Positions 32,390 to 42,330 of a stretch of 64,000 bases of DNA are shown piece after piece. The stretch lies in assembly GCA_963727825.1 (NCBI GenBank), contig CAVSHO010000009.1, forward strand, positions 192,001 to 256,000. The letters run 5' to 3'. The stretch's first letter is position 1; each line of letters starts with the position of its first letter. Made by a program: the position numbers and the translations under genes. The stretch comes from Ignavibacteriota bacterium. Its GTDB lineage: Bacteria > Bacteroidota > Ignavibacteria > UBA10030. The notes beneath the pieces were generated by a model. The model was not told the origin of the DNA. It saw only the letters and a list, made by a program, of their open reading frames with translations, and did not search any database.

Positions 32390-35155
32390 TCACTTCTTAT
32401 GCGACGTTTTTGCTTTCTTGCCGGCTTTCTTTGTAGGTGCCGGATTCAATAGCGCCGCACGTGCCGCAGCCAATCGCGCAATTGGCACGCGGAATGGCGA
32501 GCAACTCACATAGTTCAAACCGATTAGATGACAGAATTCAATGCTCGATGGTTCGCCACCGTGTTCACCGCAAATGCCGAGTTTAATGCCAGGTCGCGTT
32601 GTACGGCCCTTTTCAACGGCAATCTGCATAACCTTGCCAACGCCGTCGCGATCCAGCACTTCAAACGGATCCTTCGCGTATATTTCTTTTGCAACGTAAG
32701 GAACAAGGAATTTTGCTGCATCATCTCGGCTCACACCAAGCGTCGTCTGAGTCAGATCATTTGTACCAAAGCTGAAGAATTCAGCAACTGTCGCTATCTC
32801 ATCTGCTGTAATAGCGCCTCGCGGAATTTCGATCATAGTGCCAACCAAATACTTGAACTTCACTTCTTTTTCCTGCATAACAGCTTCAGCGGTTGCACGA
32901 ACAAGTTTTTCTTGATGCTGAAGTTCTTTTACATTGCCAACGAGAGGAATCATAACTTCCGGCGCTACAGCAATGCCTTTTTTCTGTATATCAGCAGCAG
33001 CCTCAAAAATTGCGCGTGCCTGCATCTCGGTAATTTCCGGGAAGATAATACCGAGCCGGCATCCACGCAACCCAAGCATCGGATTAAACTCATGCAAACT
33101 TTCGACGCGCTCTCTTACTTTCTCGTAACTGATGCCCATTGATTGTGCTAGTGCACGTTGTTCTTTTTCTTCATGCGGCACAAATTCGTGCAATGGCGGA
33201 TCAATTGTGCGAATTGTTACCGGCCTTCCATTCATTACCTCAAAGATCCCAGCAAAATCTTTACGCTGCAACGGAAGAAGTTTAGCAAGCGCCAGCTTCC
33301 GTTGATCAACAGTATCGGCTAGAATCATTTCACGCATTGGTCCTATCTTTCCTTCACCGAAGAACATATGTTCAGTTCGGCAAAGACCAATACCTTCGGC
33401 GCCAAATGCGATTGCATTCGCGGCTTGATCCGGTTGATCGGCATTTGTACGAATATTCAGCGTTCGATATTTATCTGCCCACAGCATAACTTTTTCAAAA
33501 GTCTGATACACCGGTGCATCTTTCGGGTTGAGAGTTTTTTCAACAAGCACCTGCAGTACTTCTGACGGCTTCGTTTGAATTTTACCTTCGATGACCTGAC
33601 CGGTCGAACCATCCAGCGAAATCCAATCGCCTTCCTTCAATACTTTGCCTCTCACAGTCATCGTGTGCTTAGTATAATCAATAACCAACTCATCGCAGCC
33701 TGCAACGCATACCTTACCCATTTGACGGGCAACAAGTGCTGCGTGCGAAGTCATGCCACCGCGCGCAGTGAGAATACCTTCTGATGCATCCATACCTTTG
33801 ATGTCTTCCGGCGATGTTTCGATACGGGTGAGAATAACTTTCTCGCCACGATTCTTCCACGCTTCTGCATCAACAGCATTGAACACGAGGCGTCCGGTAG
33901 CTGCACCTGGGCCTGCATTCAAACCTTTTGCAAGCAAGCGTCCGGATTTAACCGCTGCTTCTTTTTCCTTGAGGTCAAAAATCGGGCGAAGTAACTGATT
34001 TAATTGATCTGGCTCAATGCGTGCCAGCGCTTCTTTTTCTGAAATAAGTTTTTCAACAACCATATCCACCGCGATCTTGATTGCAGCAAATGCAGTCCGT
34101 TTTCCAACGCGGCATTGAAGCATAAACAACTTACCCTGCTGGATAGTGAACTCGACATCCATCATATCACGATAGTGCTTCTCCAGAGTCTTGCGGATTT
34201 TGTCCAATTGTTCGTAAAGCTTAGGATCCTGTTCTTTCAATTTTAATATCGGCAAAGGGGTGCGTACACCGGCAACCACATCTTCTCCTTGCGCGTTCAT
34301 TAAGTATTCGCCGTAAAAATAATTTTCGCCGGTAGCTGCATCGCGAGTGAATGCAACGCCCGTTCCTGAATCTTCACCCATATTGCCGAAAACCATCGTT
34401 TGCACATTTACTGCAGTACCCCAAGATTCTGGAATATCATACATCTTGCGATAGGCAATTGCACGGTCGTTCATCCAAGAGCTAAACACTGCACCAATAG
34501 CGCCCCACATTTGTTCAAGCGGATCTTCTGGGAAATCGTGTCCGGTCTTTTCTTTTATTGCCGCTTTAAACTTCACAACGAGTTCCTTTAAATCTTCGGC
34601 TGTGAGTTCGGTATCGAGCTTTATATTTTTCTGATGTTTCTTCGCCTCAATGATTTTTTCAAATGGATCGATGTCGTCCTTATTTACCGGTTTCAATCCG
34701 AGCACGACATCGCCATACATCTGCACAAAACGCCGATACGAATCATACACGAAACGTTCGTTCTTCGTCTTCGCAATAAGGCCTGCAACTGTTTGATCGT
34801 TGAGACCAAGGTTGAGAATGGTATCCATCATACCGGGCATTGATGCACGCGCACCTGAGCGAACAGAAACAAGCAGCGGATTTTTGGCATCGCCAAGCTT
34901 TGCACCCATCGCCTTTTCCACTTTCGCAAGCGCGGCAAGAACTTCTTTCTGCAGCGACTTTGGATACTTTTGTTTGTTCTGGTAATATGCGGTGCATACT
35001 TCAGTCGTGATCGAGAAGCCCGGCGGAACCGGCAGGCCGATATTAACCATTTCGGCAAGGTTCGCACCTTTGCCGCCGAGAAGATTTTTCATCTCGGCTT
35101 TGCCTTCGGCTTTTCCATTGCCGAAGAAATATACATATTTTGGTACTTTTGCCAT
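32390..35155 (-). CDS. ppdK: Pyruvate, phosphate dikinase
   Basis: [18 protein letters not shown] (phospho-His), [17 protein letters not shown]; start 35155 or 35167. Confidence 0.97.
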   Translation of the reverse strand: MAKVPKYVYFFGNGKAEGKAEMKNLLGGKGANLAEMVNIGLPVPPGFSITTEVCTAYYQNKQKYPKSLQKEVLAALAKVEKAMGAKLGDAKNPLLVSVRSGARASMPGMMDTILNLGLNDQTVAGLIAKTKNERFVYDSYRRFVQMYGDVVLGLKPVNKDDIDPFEKIIEAKKHQKNIKLDTELTAEDLKELVVKFKAAIKEKTGHDFPEDPLEQMWGAIGAVFSSWMNDRAIAYRKMYDIPESWGTAVNVQTMVFGNMGEDSGTGVAFTRDAATGENYFYGEYLMNAQGEDVVAGVRTPLPILKLKEQDPKLYEQLDKIRKTLEKHYRDMMDVEFTIQQGKLFMLQCRVGKRTAFAAIKIAVDMVVEKLISEKEALARIEPDQLNQLLRPIFDLKEKEAAVKSGRLLAKGLNAGPGAATGRLVFNAVDAEAWKNRGEKVILTRIETSPEDIKGMDASEGILTARGGMTSHAALVARQMGKVCVAGCDELVIDYTKHTMTVRGKVLKEGDWISLDGSTGQVIEGKIQTKPSEVLQVLVEKTLNPKDAPVYQTFEKVMLWADKYRTLNIRTNADQPDQAANAIAFGAEGIGLCRTEHMFFGEGKIGPMREMILADTVDQRKLALAKLLPLQRKDFAGIFEVMNGRPVTIRTIDPPLHEFVPHEEKEQRALAQSMGISYEKVRERVESLHEFNPMLGLRGCRLGIIFPEITEMQARAIFEAAADIQKKGIAVAPEVMIPLVGNVKELQHQEKLVRATAEAVMQEKEVKFKYLVGTMIEIPRGAITADEIATVAEFFSFGTNDLTQTTLGVSRDDAAKFLVPYVAKEIYAKDPFEVLDRDGVGKVMQIAVEKGRTTRPGIKLGICGEHGGEPSSIEFCHLIGLNYVSCSPFRVPIARLAAARAALLNPAPTKKAGKKAKTSHKK

Positions 35156-35257
35156 TTTAACTGTCATCCTTTCAGTGAGTATTATTTCTTGTTTGTTTGA
35201 TGAAATTATAGAAATTCTTGCAGGATTATTTCTGCAAGATTTGTAAAATAATATGCC

Positions 35258-36311
35258 CTAAGTTATAAATACATGATTTATCAATTCGTTTAACTTTTGT
35301 TCTCCAGATATAATTTCCAGCCGCATTTCGGCAGCTATCACCGGTTCCGTTTCCGGAAATACTGCAAATCGTTCTCTAAGCCGCGCTGTGTCTTTTTCTG
35401 TTGTAATAATGAAATCAGCATTTGTTTGCTTTCTTGCCTTCAATAATCGTTTTGATATCGTCGTCTTTATACCAGTGGTGATCTGAGAATGTAATATGCT
35501 TCTCAACCTTTATGTTCGCTTTCATCACCAAATCTTCAAATGATTTCGGGTTGCCGATTCCGGAGAATGCAATCACATTTTTATTCGTCAATTCTTCGGT
35601 TTGCACAATCTCATTGGATGAAAGACATTTAAATGCTTTCAGTTCTGCTTTCAATCCGATGGTCGGCGTTTTGGATGGAAGCGAGTTACTCTCACGGCCC
35701 ATAGCGCAAGCGTGTTCATATTCTTTTATATCCGCACATCGTGTTACTGCAATTAAATTAGCTCGTTTCAATGAGGTTAATGGTTCACGTCTATTTCCAG
35801 CCGGCAACAATAAATTTCTGTTCAGAATCTCTTCCGCTGTTAAAATAACGATGTCAAGGTTACGGTGTAAATATCGGTGTTGAAATCCATCGTCGAGCAA
35901 GATCACCTTTGCACCAAGTTCAATAGCTTTCTGTGCTCCTCGCACACGCCGCTCATCCACAACGACTATCAACTCGGGATATTTGAGCGCTAACTGAATC
36001 GGCTCATCTCCAGAATTTTCAACAGATGCTAATTTGCGACTACCATCACTGACAACGACCGTTCCGCTTGTTTTCCTTTTATATCCACGGCTGACAACTG
36101 CCAATGGATGATTGATCATTAATCTTTCGACCAACATTTCCACAAACGGTGTTTTGCCGACTCCACCGGTAGAAATATTACCGACAGAGATCACCGGCAC
36201 TCCAATATTATCAATTTTTAAAACTCCTATGTCAAAGAACCAATTGCGAACAGTAACTCCCAACCAATAAAACAGAGAGATCGGCAATAAAAGTATTCGC
36301 ATTATTTTCAT
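35258..36311 (-). CDS. lpxK: Tetraacyldisaccharide 4'-kinase, apparent +1 frameshift ~35440
   Basis: GNISTGGVGKTP, SRGY, DDGFQH, GIGNP, DHH; TTEKD in the next frame. Confidence 0.92.
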
Positions 36312-37429
36312 TTCATTTGCAACACACGCTCTGCAACTCTCTGCGATGCGCCAACAGTACCCAGAATTATCTTTACTTTGGAAAACTCTTCTTTCATATC
36401 TGCAACTCTCTTTTTATCATTCAACAATTTCATTGCCGACTTTGCCATTCTCTTTGCAGTCGCCTTATGCTGAATAAACTCCGGTGCAACCAATTTTCCC
36501 GCCACAATATTGACAAGTCCAATATATTTTACATGCACTAGTGCACGACCTATCAAGTACGTCAGCCAAGAGGTTTTGTACACTACAAACATCGGCGTCC
36601 CAAAACATGCCGTTTCCAATGTCGCTGTGCCGGAAGTGACAAATGCAAAATCGGCATTTGCCATTACTTCGTATGTCAATCCTTTTATAAAATGAACGCC
36701 TTTTAAATTGTAGAGTGTTCTAAAATATTCTTCATCCAACGTTGGCGCAACACCGACAACAATTTCTATATTGTCCTCCATAGAAATCATCCGTGCGGCA
36801 GAAAGCATTTCAGGAAATATATGGTCTATCTCCTGCTTGCGGCTTCCGGGGAACAATGCCACAATTGTTTTTTGCTCATCCAATGAAAATCTTTTGCAGA
36901 AATTCTTCCGGTCAAGTTTCGACTCCAGCACTTCCAACAAAGGATGACCGACAAACTCTGCGTCAATTCCTTCTGCGCGATAGAAATCCAATTCGAATGG
37001 AAAAATGACCAGCATCTTATTAATAAGCGAGCGAATCTTTTTCACGCGCGATCTATGCCATGCCCATACTTGCGGACTTATATAATAAACGATTTTGATA
37101 TCATAGCGTTTCGCAATACGTGCAAAACGGAGATTAAATCCGGGATAATCGATCAATACCAGCACATCCGGCTTCTTGAACTTAACAATTTGCTCGAGAG
37201 TGTGTTCCATCGTCTTTATGAACGGAAGATGTCTCAACACTTCTTTAAAGCCCATAAATCCAAGCTCGTTGATATGATAGATAAGATCCATGCCTTCGCG
37301 TTTCATCTTATCACCGCCGACACCATACACTTCAACAGTGGGTGATAGGCGTTTTAATTCCCGTACAACTCCGGAGCCATGCAAATCACCTGATGCCTCA
37401 CCGGCAATGATCATTACGCGCTGAACCAC
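36308..37429 (-). CDS. lpxB: Lipid-A-disaccharide synthase
   Basis: AGEASGD, IDYPGFN, SPQVWAW, PGSR, SGTATLE. Confidence 0.96.
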   Translation of the reverse strand: MVQRVMIIAGEASGDLHGSGVVRELKRLSPTVEVYGVGGDKMKREGMDLIYHINELGFMGFKEVLRHLPFIKTMEHTLEQIVKFKKPDVLVLIDYPGFNLRFARIAKRYDIKIVYYISPQVWAWHRSRVKKIRSLINKMLVIFPFELDFYRAEGIDAEFVGHPLLEVLESKLDRKNFCKRFSLDEQKTIVALFPGSRKQEIDHIFPEMLSAARMISMEDNIEIVVGVAPTLDEEYFRTLYNLKGVHFIKGLTYEVMANADFAFVTSGTATLETACFGTPMFVVYKTSWLTYLIGRALVHVKYIGLVNIVAGKLVAPEFIQHKATAKRMAKSAMKLLNDKKRVADMKEEFSKVKIILGTVGASQRVAERVLQMK

Positions 37430-37432
37430 GCG

Positions 37433-38014
37433 TCACCTCATATACCAAAGAACAATAAGAATCACCAGCACTAAGCTTAACGCTTGAAACGTTCGCCGCT
37501 CGGAGTGTATCGCTTCTTTCCAGTTTGCCAATTGTTGTGACTGAATCGGATTAATATACGCCGACAAGCGCGGGAAAAAACGCGGAACATTGCGCTTAAA
37601 TTCTAAATACACTGCGCCAAATTCTTTTTCTAAAAAACCTTCTTCCAGCACAACAATTTGATAGTACTGAAAGCCGAACCATGCCAGCGCCGCAAGCAAC
37701 AACCATGGAAAAAGCGCATTCGACATAATACCGATGCCGATATACGCAAGCAAGTTGCCAACGTAAATCGGATTGCGAACACGCGCGAACGGTCCCGCCA
37801 CAATAACTTCCGGTGCGCCGACGCTGCCCGTTACACGTGTAAGACTTCCGGCGTAGGCAACACCCCAAAATCGGACGGACTCACCAGTCGCCGCTATGAC
37901 AAATCCGATCGCCATTGTTATCGCTGTCGGTTGAGCATAAAATATCATCACCAACAAAAAAGGAATCGGTGTATAACTGCGAAGTGAAAAGATTTTTTCC
38001 TGGAAAGACTTCAA
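37433..38014 (-). CDS. Isoprenylcysteine carboxylmethyltransferase-family membrane methyltransferase (LmtA-like)
   Basis: GPFARVRNPIYVG, EEGFL..FG..Y, VPRFFP. Confidence 0.85.
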   Translation of the reverse strand: MKSFQEKIFSLRSYTPIPFLLVMIFYAQPTAITMAIGFVIAATGESVRFWGVAYAGSLTRVTGSVGAPEVIVAGPFARVRNPIYVGNLLAYIGIGIMSNALFPWLLLAALAWFGFQYYQIVVLEEGFLEKEFGAVYLEFKRNVPRFFPRLSAYINPIQSQQLANWKEAIHSERRTFQALSLVLVILIVLWYMR

Positions 38015-38017
38015 GTA

Positions 38018-38722
38018 TTATCCTTGCACAAACACTTCGCGGCGCGCCATTGCGGCTTCTTGCCGATGACGAATACGCTTGCGCTGAACGATTTCTTCCA
38101 TCTTCGCCTGCACATTGCCAAAGTGATTGAATTCAAAATATGTGATGTTCTGTTCCTGGCAGTGTTTAATCAATTCCCGCTTTGCAAAAACGAAATCCGC
38201 ATATCGAACCGGGCACCGATCAGAATATCCATCACCGACATATACACTAATGTCCTCATCGGCTGATGTATTCAATATATGATTACGCTTGCAATTACCA
38301 CACAAACTGCACTCTGCATCCGTATACGGGAACGCAACCTTCAATCTCTCTCCTATAAACTCCGCATGATTCGCAAAGAATGGTACGTGTCCAACTCCTC
38401 CATTTGAAAGGACACGTTCGACATAAACATCTAAACCGTCGGTGAGAATTGTAATCGGTACATCATGATCAGTGCAAAAACGGACAAACTCAGGAAAATG
38501 CGGATCGATAGAAAACTGATCCACATACTTTAGTAATTCACCGCGTGTGATCGAGGGAATTGCTTTGCATAATTCCATAAACCACATTTGCATGGTGATT
38601 TCACCACTGAGTAACCGTCGAACACTCTCTTCTGCCTTCTCTCTGGCAAATTTTTGAAAGAAGTGCTGACCCACGTCTTGCAGGCATACGGTTCCGTCAA
38701 AATCACAAAAAACACGAATCAT
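38018..38722 (-). CDS. HAD-IB phosphatase (MtnX-like)
   Basis: DFDGT, CSLCGNCK, GDGYSD, FAK. Confidence 0.85.
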   Translation of the reverse strand: MIRVFCDFDGTVCLQDVGQHFFQKFAREKAEESVRRLLSGEITMQMWFMELCKAIPSITRGELLKYVDQFSIDPHFPEFVRFCTDHDVPITILTDGLDVYVERVLSNGGVGHVPFFANHAEFIGERLKVAFPYTDAECSLCGNCKRNHILNTSADEDISVYVGDGYSDRCPVRYADFVFAKRELIKHCQEQNITYFEFNHFGNVQAKMEEIVQRKRIRHRQEAAMARREVFVQG

Positions 38723-38781
38723 ATAAATATCTTTAAAATTTAAGTTTCAAATATCAAATTTCAAACCGAGATATTTCTTTC

Positions 38782-41700
38782 TTAATTCTTCGCTATCTCG
38801 TTGAAGCGCACAGAAACAAGTTTCGATACACCTTCTTCTTCCATCGTGACGCCATACATTGCGTTCGTAGCTTCCATAGTTCGTTTATTGTGCGTTACAA
38901 CCACAAACTGCGTATTATCTGAAAACTTACGCAGAATGCGCGCGAACCGGTCTATATTGGAATCATCCAACGGTGCATCTACTTCGTCGAGAATGCAAAA
39001 CGGGCTTGGTTTTACCAAGTAAATAGCGAACAATAATGCAATTGCAGTCAGAGTTTTCTCACCGCCAGAGAGCAAATCAATTGACGTTGGGCGCTTGCCG
39101 CGCGGTTTTGCGATAATTTCGATGCGCGCTTCAAGTGGATCTAATTCTTCTGCGTCGAGCCGGAGATCGCATTCATCGCCTTCATCAAATAAACCCTTAA
39201 ATGTTGTGATGAAATTTTCGCGGATCAATTCAAAAGTTTGCAGAAACTGTTTCTGCGCCGTAGCATTAATTTCATCGATCGTTTCCAGCACCGTCTTTTC
39301 AGATTGTTCTAGATCATCCCGCTGGGCAGAAATAAAATCAAACCGTTCTTTCTCGCTTTTATATTCGTCAAACGCTGCAAAGTTCACCGCGCCAAGTGCA
39401 TTGACCTTTTCTTTCAGCCTGTGGACTTCTTCATGTGCCGCTGTAAAATCATACTGGTTCGCATCCGAATATTCTTGCGGCAGAATATCAATATCGAAAT
39501 CTTCCTTAGCACGTGCTTTGAGATTGTCTGCTCTCATTGTCAATTCTTGAATCTTGATTTCTAGATCATGCGCCGACTTCAGAGATCCTTCCTGCCGCAT
39601 TCGTTCATCTTTCAGTTTCAATTCAATTTCATGAATCTGACTTCGCTTGACAGAAAATTCCTGATCGACAGATTTCTTTTGTTCCAGCACACCGCTATAC
39701 TCATGCCGTGCTTCGTGAAGAGCAACATTAATTGCTTCGAGATCGGCAGCGATGGTTCCAATATCTTCTTTCGCTTTGAAAATTTCTTCAGTTCGCTGGT
39801 CGAATGTCGTCAAGACAGACTGCAACGTCGTTGCAGTGTATTTTTTCCCCTGAAGGATACTGCGTTCTTCACTTTTAATCGCAAGCACCGACATGTTTGC
39901 TTCGTTTGCGACGCTTGAGTACTCGTTCCAAAGCGCATCCATTGTTTCTACTTCACTCATTGCCGCGCCGACCTGTTGTTCCGCTTCCGCCTGCCGTTTT
40001 TCTAATGAAACAATAGACGGCGTGAGCATCTGGATTTCTTTATTCAGCAAGTCAATTTCTTGTTTAAGCTTTTCTGTTTCGGCATTATTGCGTTCGATAT
40101 TATCCTGTGCACGTTTCTTTTCGAATTCGATTTGCGCGATTCGGATTTCCACAGAAGTTTTTTGTTGTTCGATGGCACGCGCTTCCTCAGCAAGTTTCTT
40201 CAGATTGACATTTTCCAAGTCCTCAATTTTTTTCTGAAGATCATCCGTAATGCGTTCGTGCCGATCACGCAGCTTACGAACATCAGCGGAAAATTCTTCT
40301 AGTTGTGACTTCTTGCTTATATGCCCGCCTTCATCCTGCAGCACGCTTCCCCCGCGAACAACACCCCTGCCGGTAACGATTTCTCCTTCCAACGTAACAC
40401 ATCGAACGTTAGGATGGTTATTAACAATATTGAGCGCAGCGGGAACATCGTTCACTAAAAGTGTTTCATCAAAAAGAAAATTGAATAATTTCTCGTGCTG
40501 ATTATCAAATTGCACGAGACTGCTCGCCCACCCGATAACACCAACACCTTGAATTGGAACACGATGGTTAGTAAGACTCGGTAGCCGGTCAAGGCAAATG
40601 AACGTTGCCTTTCCCTTTTTATTTTTCTTCAGGAAGTCGATTGCGGCATACGCTTCCTGAACATTATCGACAACAACAAATCCTGCGGTTTCACCAAGAG
40701 CGGTTTCAATTGCGATGCGATATTGCGGTTTTGTTTGGACAGCTTCGCCTACCGTTGTTTGAATTTTTGCGCTCCATTCGTTGCTCGTTATAAGATACTT
40801 CGCACCCTCGGAGTATCCATCAAAACTCTCGACTAATCCTTTAAGAAAATCAATGCGCGCCTGCTTGCGTTCAACATCGCCCAGTACTTCATGATCCTGC
40901 CGCCGCAGTTGTTCAATTTCATCCTGTAACTTCTGTTTATAATCTTCCAACTTATGCGTCCGCACTTCTGCTTCCGCGAATGCAAGACGAAGCTGCTTGT
41001 TCTCCGCTGTGAGAGCAGCAATTAGAGCAGAATTTTTCTCGATGTCTCGGCGATATCCGACATTTTCTTCTGTTGTGTAACTAACACGACCGCGAATGTT
41101 CTCAATGCGGGCTTTTACTTGGTTCTCGCGATTACGCAGCTCTGCAAGTTCATGCATCAGTGTAATCACTTGTTCTTGATTTGTTTTCAGTTCTGCGCGT
41201 TTGGCGTTCAGTTGGATTTCAAATTCATCGAGTTGGATTTTCTTAATACGATACGCTTCTTCTGCGGCGGTAATTTTTGTCTGGAGTTGTTCCAACGAAT
41301 GGGCCAATTCAGCTTGCTTCTGTTCTAGTTCCACCTGCTGTTGACTAAGTTCAATTTTTTCACGATCGAATCGTTCTATGTTTTCCTGTAGCGATCGTCT
41401 GCGCTCTATTGAAGTAGCGCGGTGTTGTTCCAATTCATGAATTGCTGTTTGCCGTGTTATAAGATTTTCTTGGGTCGAAGTCAATTGACGTTCTAATTCT
41501 TCCGATTCCTGCCGTAGTACATCTAAAAGTGTTTCTTCCTGTTTCACTTCAACTTCCAATCGATTCTTTTCATCCACTGCAACGGAAAGCTGCTGCGTCA
41601 ACGGCTCTATTTTCAAAACCACATTGGAAAAATCGCGAATAAGTAAATCTAATTCTAATGTTTGAAGTTGCTTCACAAGTTCGTTGTACTTTTCCGCTTT

Positions 41701-42330
41701 CTGTGCTTGACGTTCCAGCGAATTCACAGCCTTTTCTACGCCGCGAATAATATCGTTCACGCGTGTCAGATCCTGACGGACGACATCAAGACGGCGAAAC
41801 GCCTCCTTACGCCGATATTTGTACTTTGTGACACCAGCGGACTCTTCAAACAAACGGCGCCGCTCGTCGGAGTTGTCGCTCAGGATGCTTTCCACCATTT
41901 TCAATTCTATGACAGAGTACGCATCCGAACCCATGCCGGTATCCATAAACAAATCGCGGATATCTTTCAAGCGGCAGAGCGTCTTATTCAAATAATATTC
42001 ACTTTCACCGGAGCGAAACACACGGCGCGTGATTGTTACTTCGCTATACTCAGAAGGAAGTATTCCTTTGGTATTCTCGATAGTGATTGAGACTTCTGCA
42101 ACATTCAGCGGCTTACGTGATTTTGTACCGTTGAAAATTACGTCTTCCATTTTATCTGACCGCAGCGTTGTGGGTTTTTGTTCGCCTAAAGCCCAGCGGA
42201 TAGCATCAACCACATTTGTTTTGCCGCAGCCATTCGGCCCAACAATTGCGGTAAGACCTTCGTCGAATGACAGGCTCACTTTCTGTGCAAATGATTTGAA
42301 CCCAAATATTTCTAATTTGGATAAGTACAT
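38782..42330 (-). CDS. smc: Chromosome segregation protein SMC
   Basis: Walker A GPNGCGKTN, coiled coils, hinge, LSGGEK, LDEVDAPLD. Confidence 0.97.
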   Translation of the reverse strand: MYLSKLEIFGFKSFAQKVSLSFDEGLTAIVGPNGCGKTNVVDAIRWALGEQKPTTLRSDKMEDVIFNGTKSRKPLNVAEVSITIENTKGILPSEYSEVTITRRVFRSGESEYYLNKTLCRLKDIRDLFMDTGMGSDAYSVIELKMVESILSDNSDERRRLFEESAGVTKYKYRRKEAFRRLDVVRQDLTRVNDIIRGVEKAVNSLERQAQKAEKYNELVKQLQTLELDLLIRDFSNVVLKIEPLTQQLSVAVDEKNRLEVEVKQEETLLDVLRQESEELERQLTSTQENLITRQTAIHELEQHRATSIERRRSLQENIERFDREKIELSQQQVELEQKQAELAHSLEQLQTKITAAEEAYRIKKIQLDEFEIQLNAKRAELKTNQEQVITLMHELAELRNRENQVKARIENIRGRVSYTTEENVGYRRDIEKNSALIAALTAENKQLRLAFAEAEVRTHKLEDYKQKLQDEIEQLRRQDHEVLGDVERKQARIDFLKGLVESFDGYSEGAKYLITSNEWSAKIQTTVGEAVQTKPQYRIAIETALGETAGFVVVDNVQEAYAAIDFLKKNKKGKATFICLDRLPSLTNHRVPIQGVGVIGWASSLVQFDNQHEKLFNFLFDETLLVNDVPAALNIVNNHPNVRCVTLEGEIVTGRGVVRGGSVLQDEGGHISKKSQLEEFSADVRKLRDRHERITDDLQKKIEDLENVNLKKLAEEARAIEQQKTSVEIRIAQIEFEKKRAQDNIERNNAETEKLKQEIDLLNKEIQMLTPSIVSLEKRQAEAEQQVGAAMSEVETMDALWNEYSSVANEANMSVLAIKSEERSILQGKKYTATTLQSVLTTFDQRTEEIFKAKEDIGTIAADLEAINVALHEARHEYSGVLEQKKSVDQEFSVKRSQIHEIELKLKDERMRQEGSLKSAHDLEIKIQELTMRADNLKARAKEDFDIDILPQEYSDANQYDFTAAHEEVHRLKEKVNALGAVNFAAFDEYKSEKERFDFISAQRDDLEQSEKTVLETIDEINATAQKQFLQTFELIRENFITTFKGLFDEGDECDLRLDAEELDPLEARIEIIAKPRGKRPTSIDLLSGGEKTLTAIALLFAIYLVKPSPFCILDEVDAPLDDSNIDRFARILRKFSDNTQFVVVTHNKRTMEATNAMYGVTMEEEGVSKLVSVRFNEIAKN

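Noticed and set aside
35258-36311. Programmed frameshifting or pseudogenisation of lpxK and other split genes
   Set aside because: No shared slippery motif, and the window-wide indel density fits sequencing error better.
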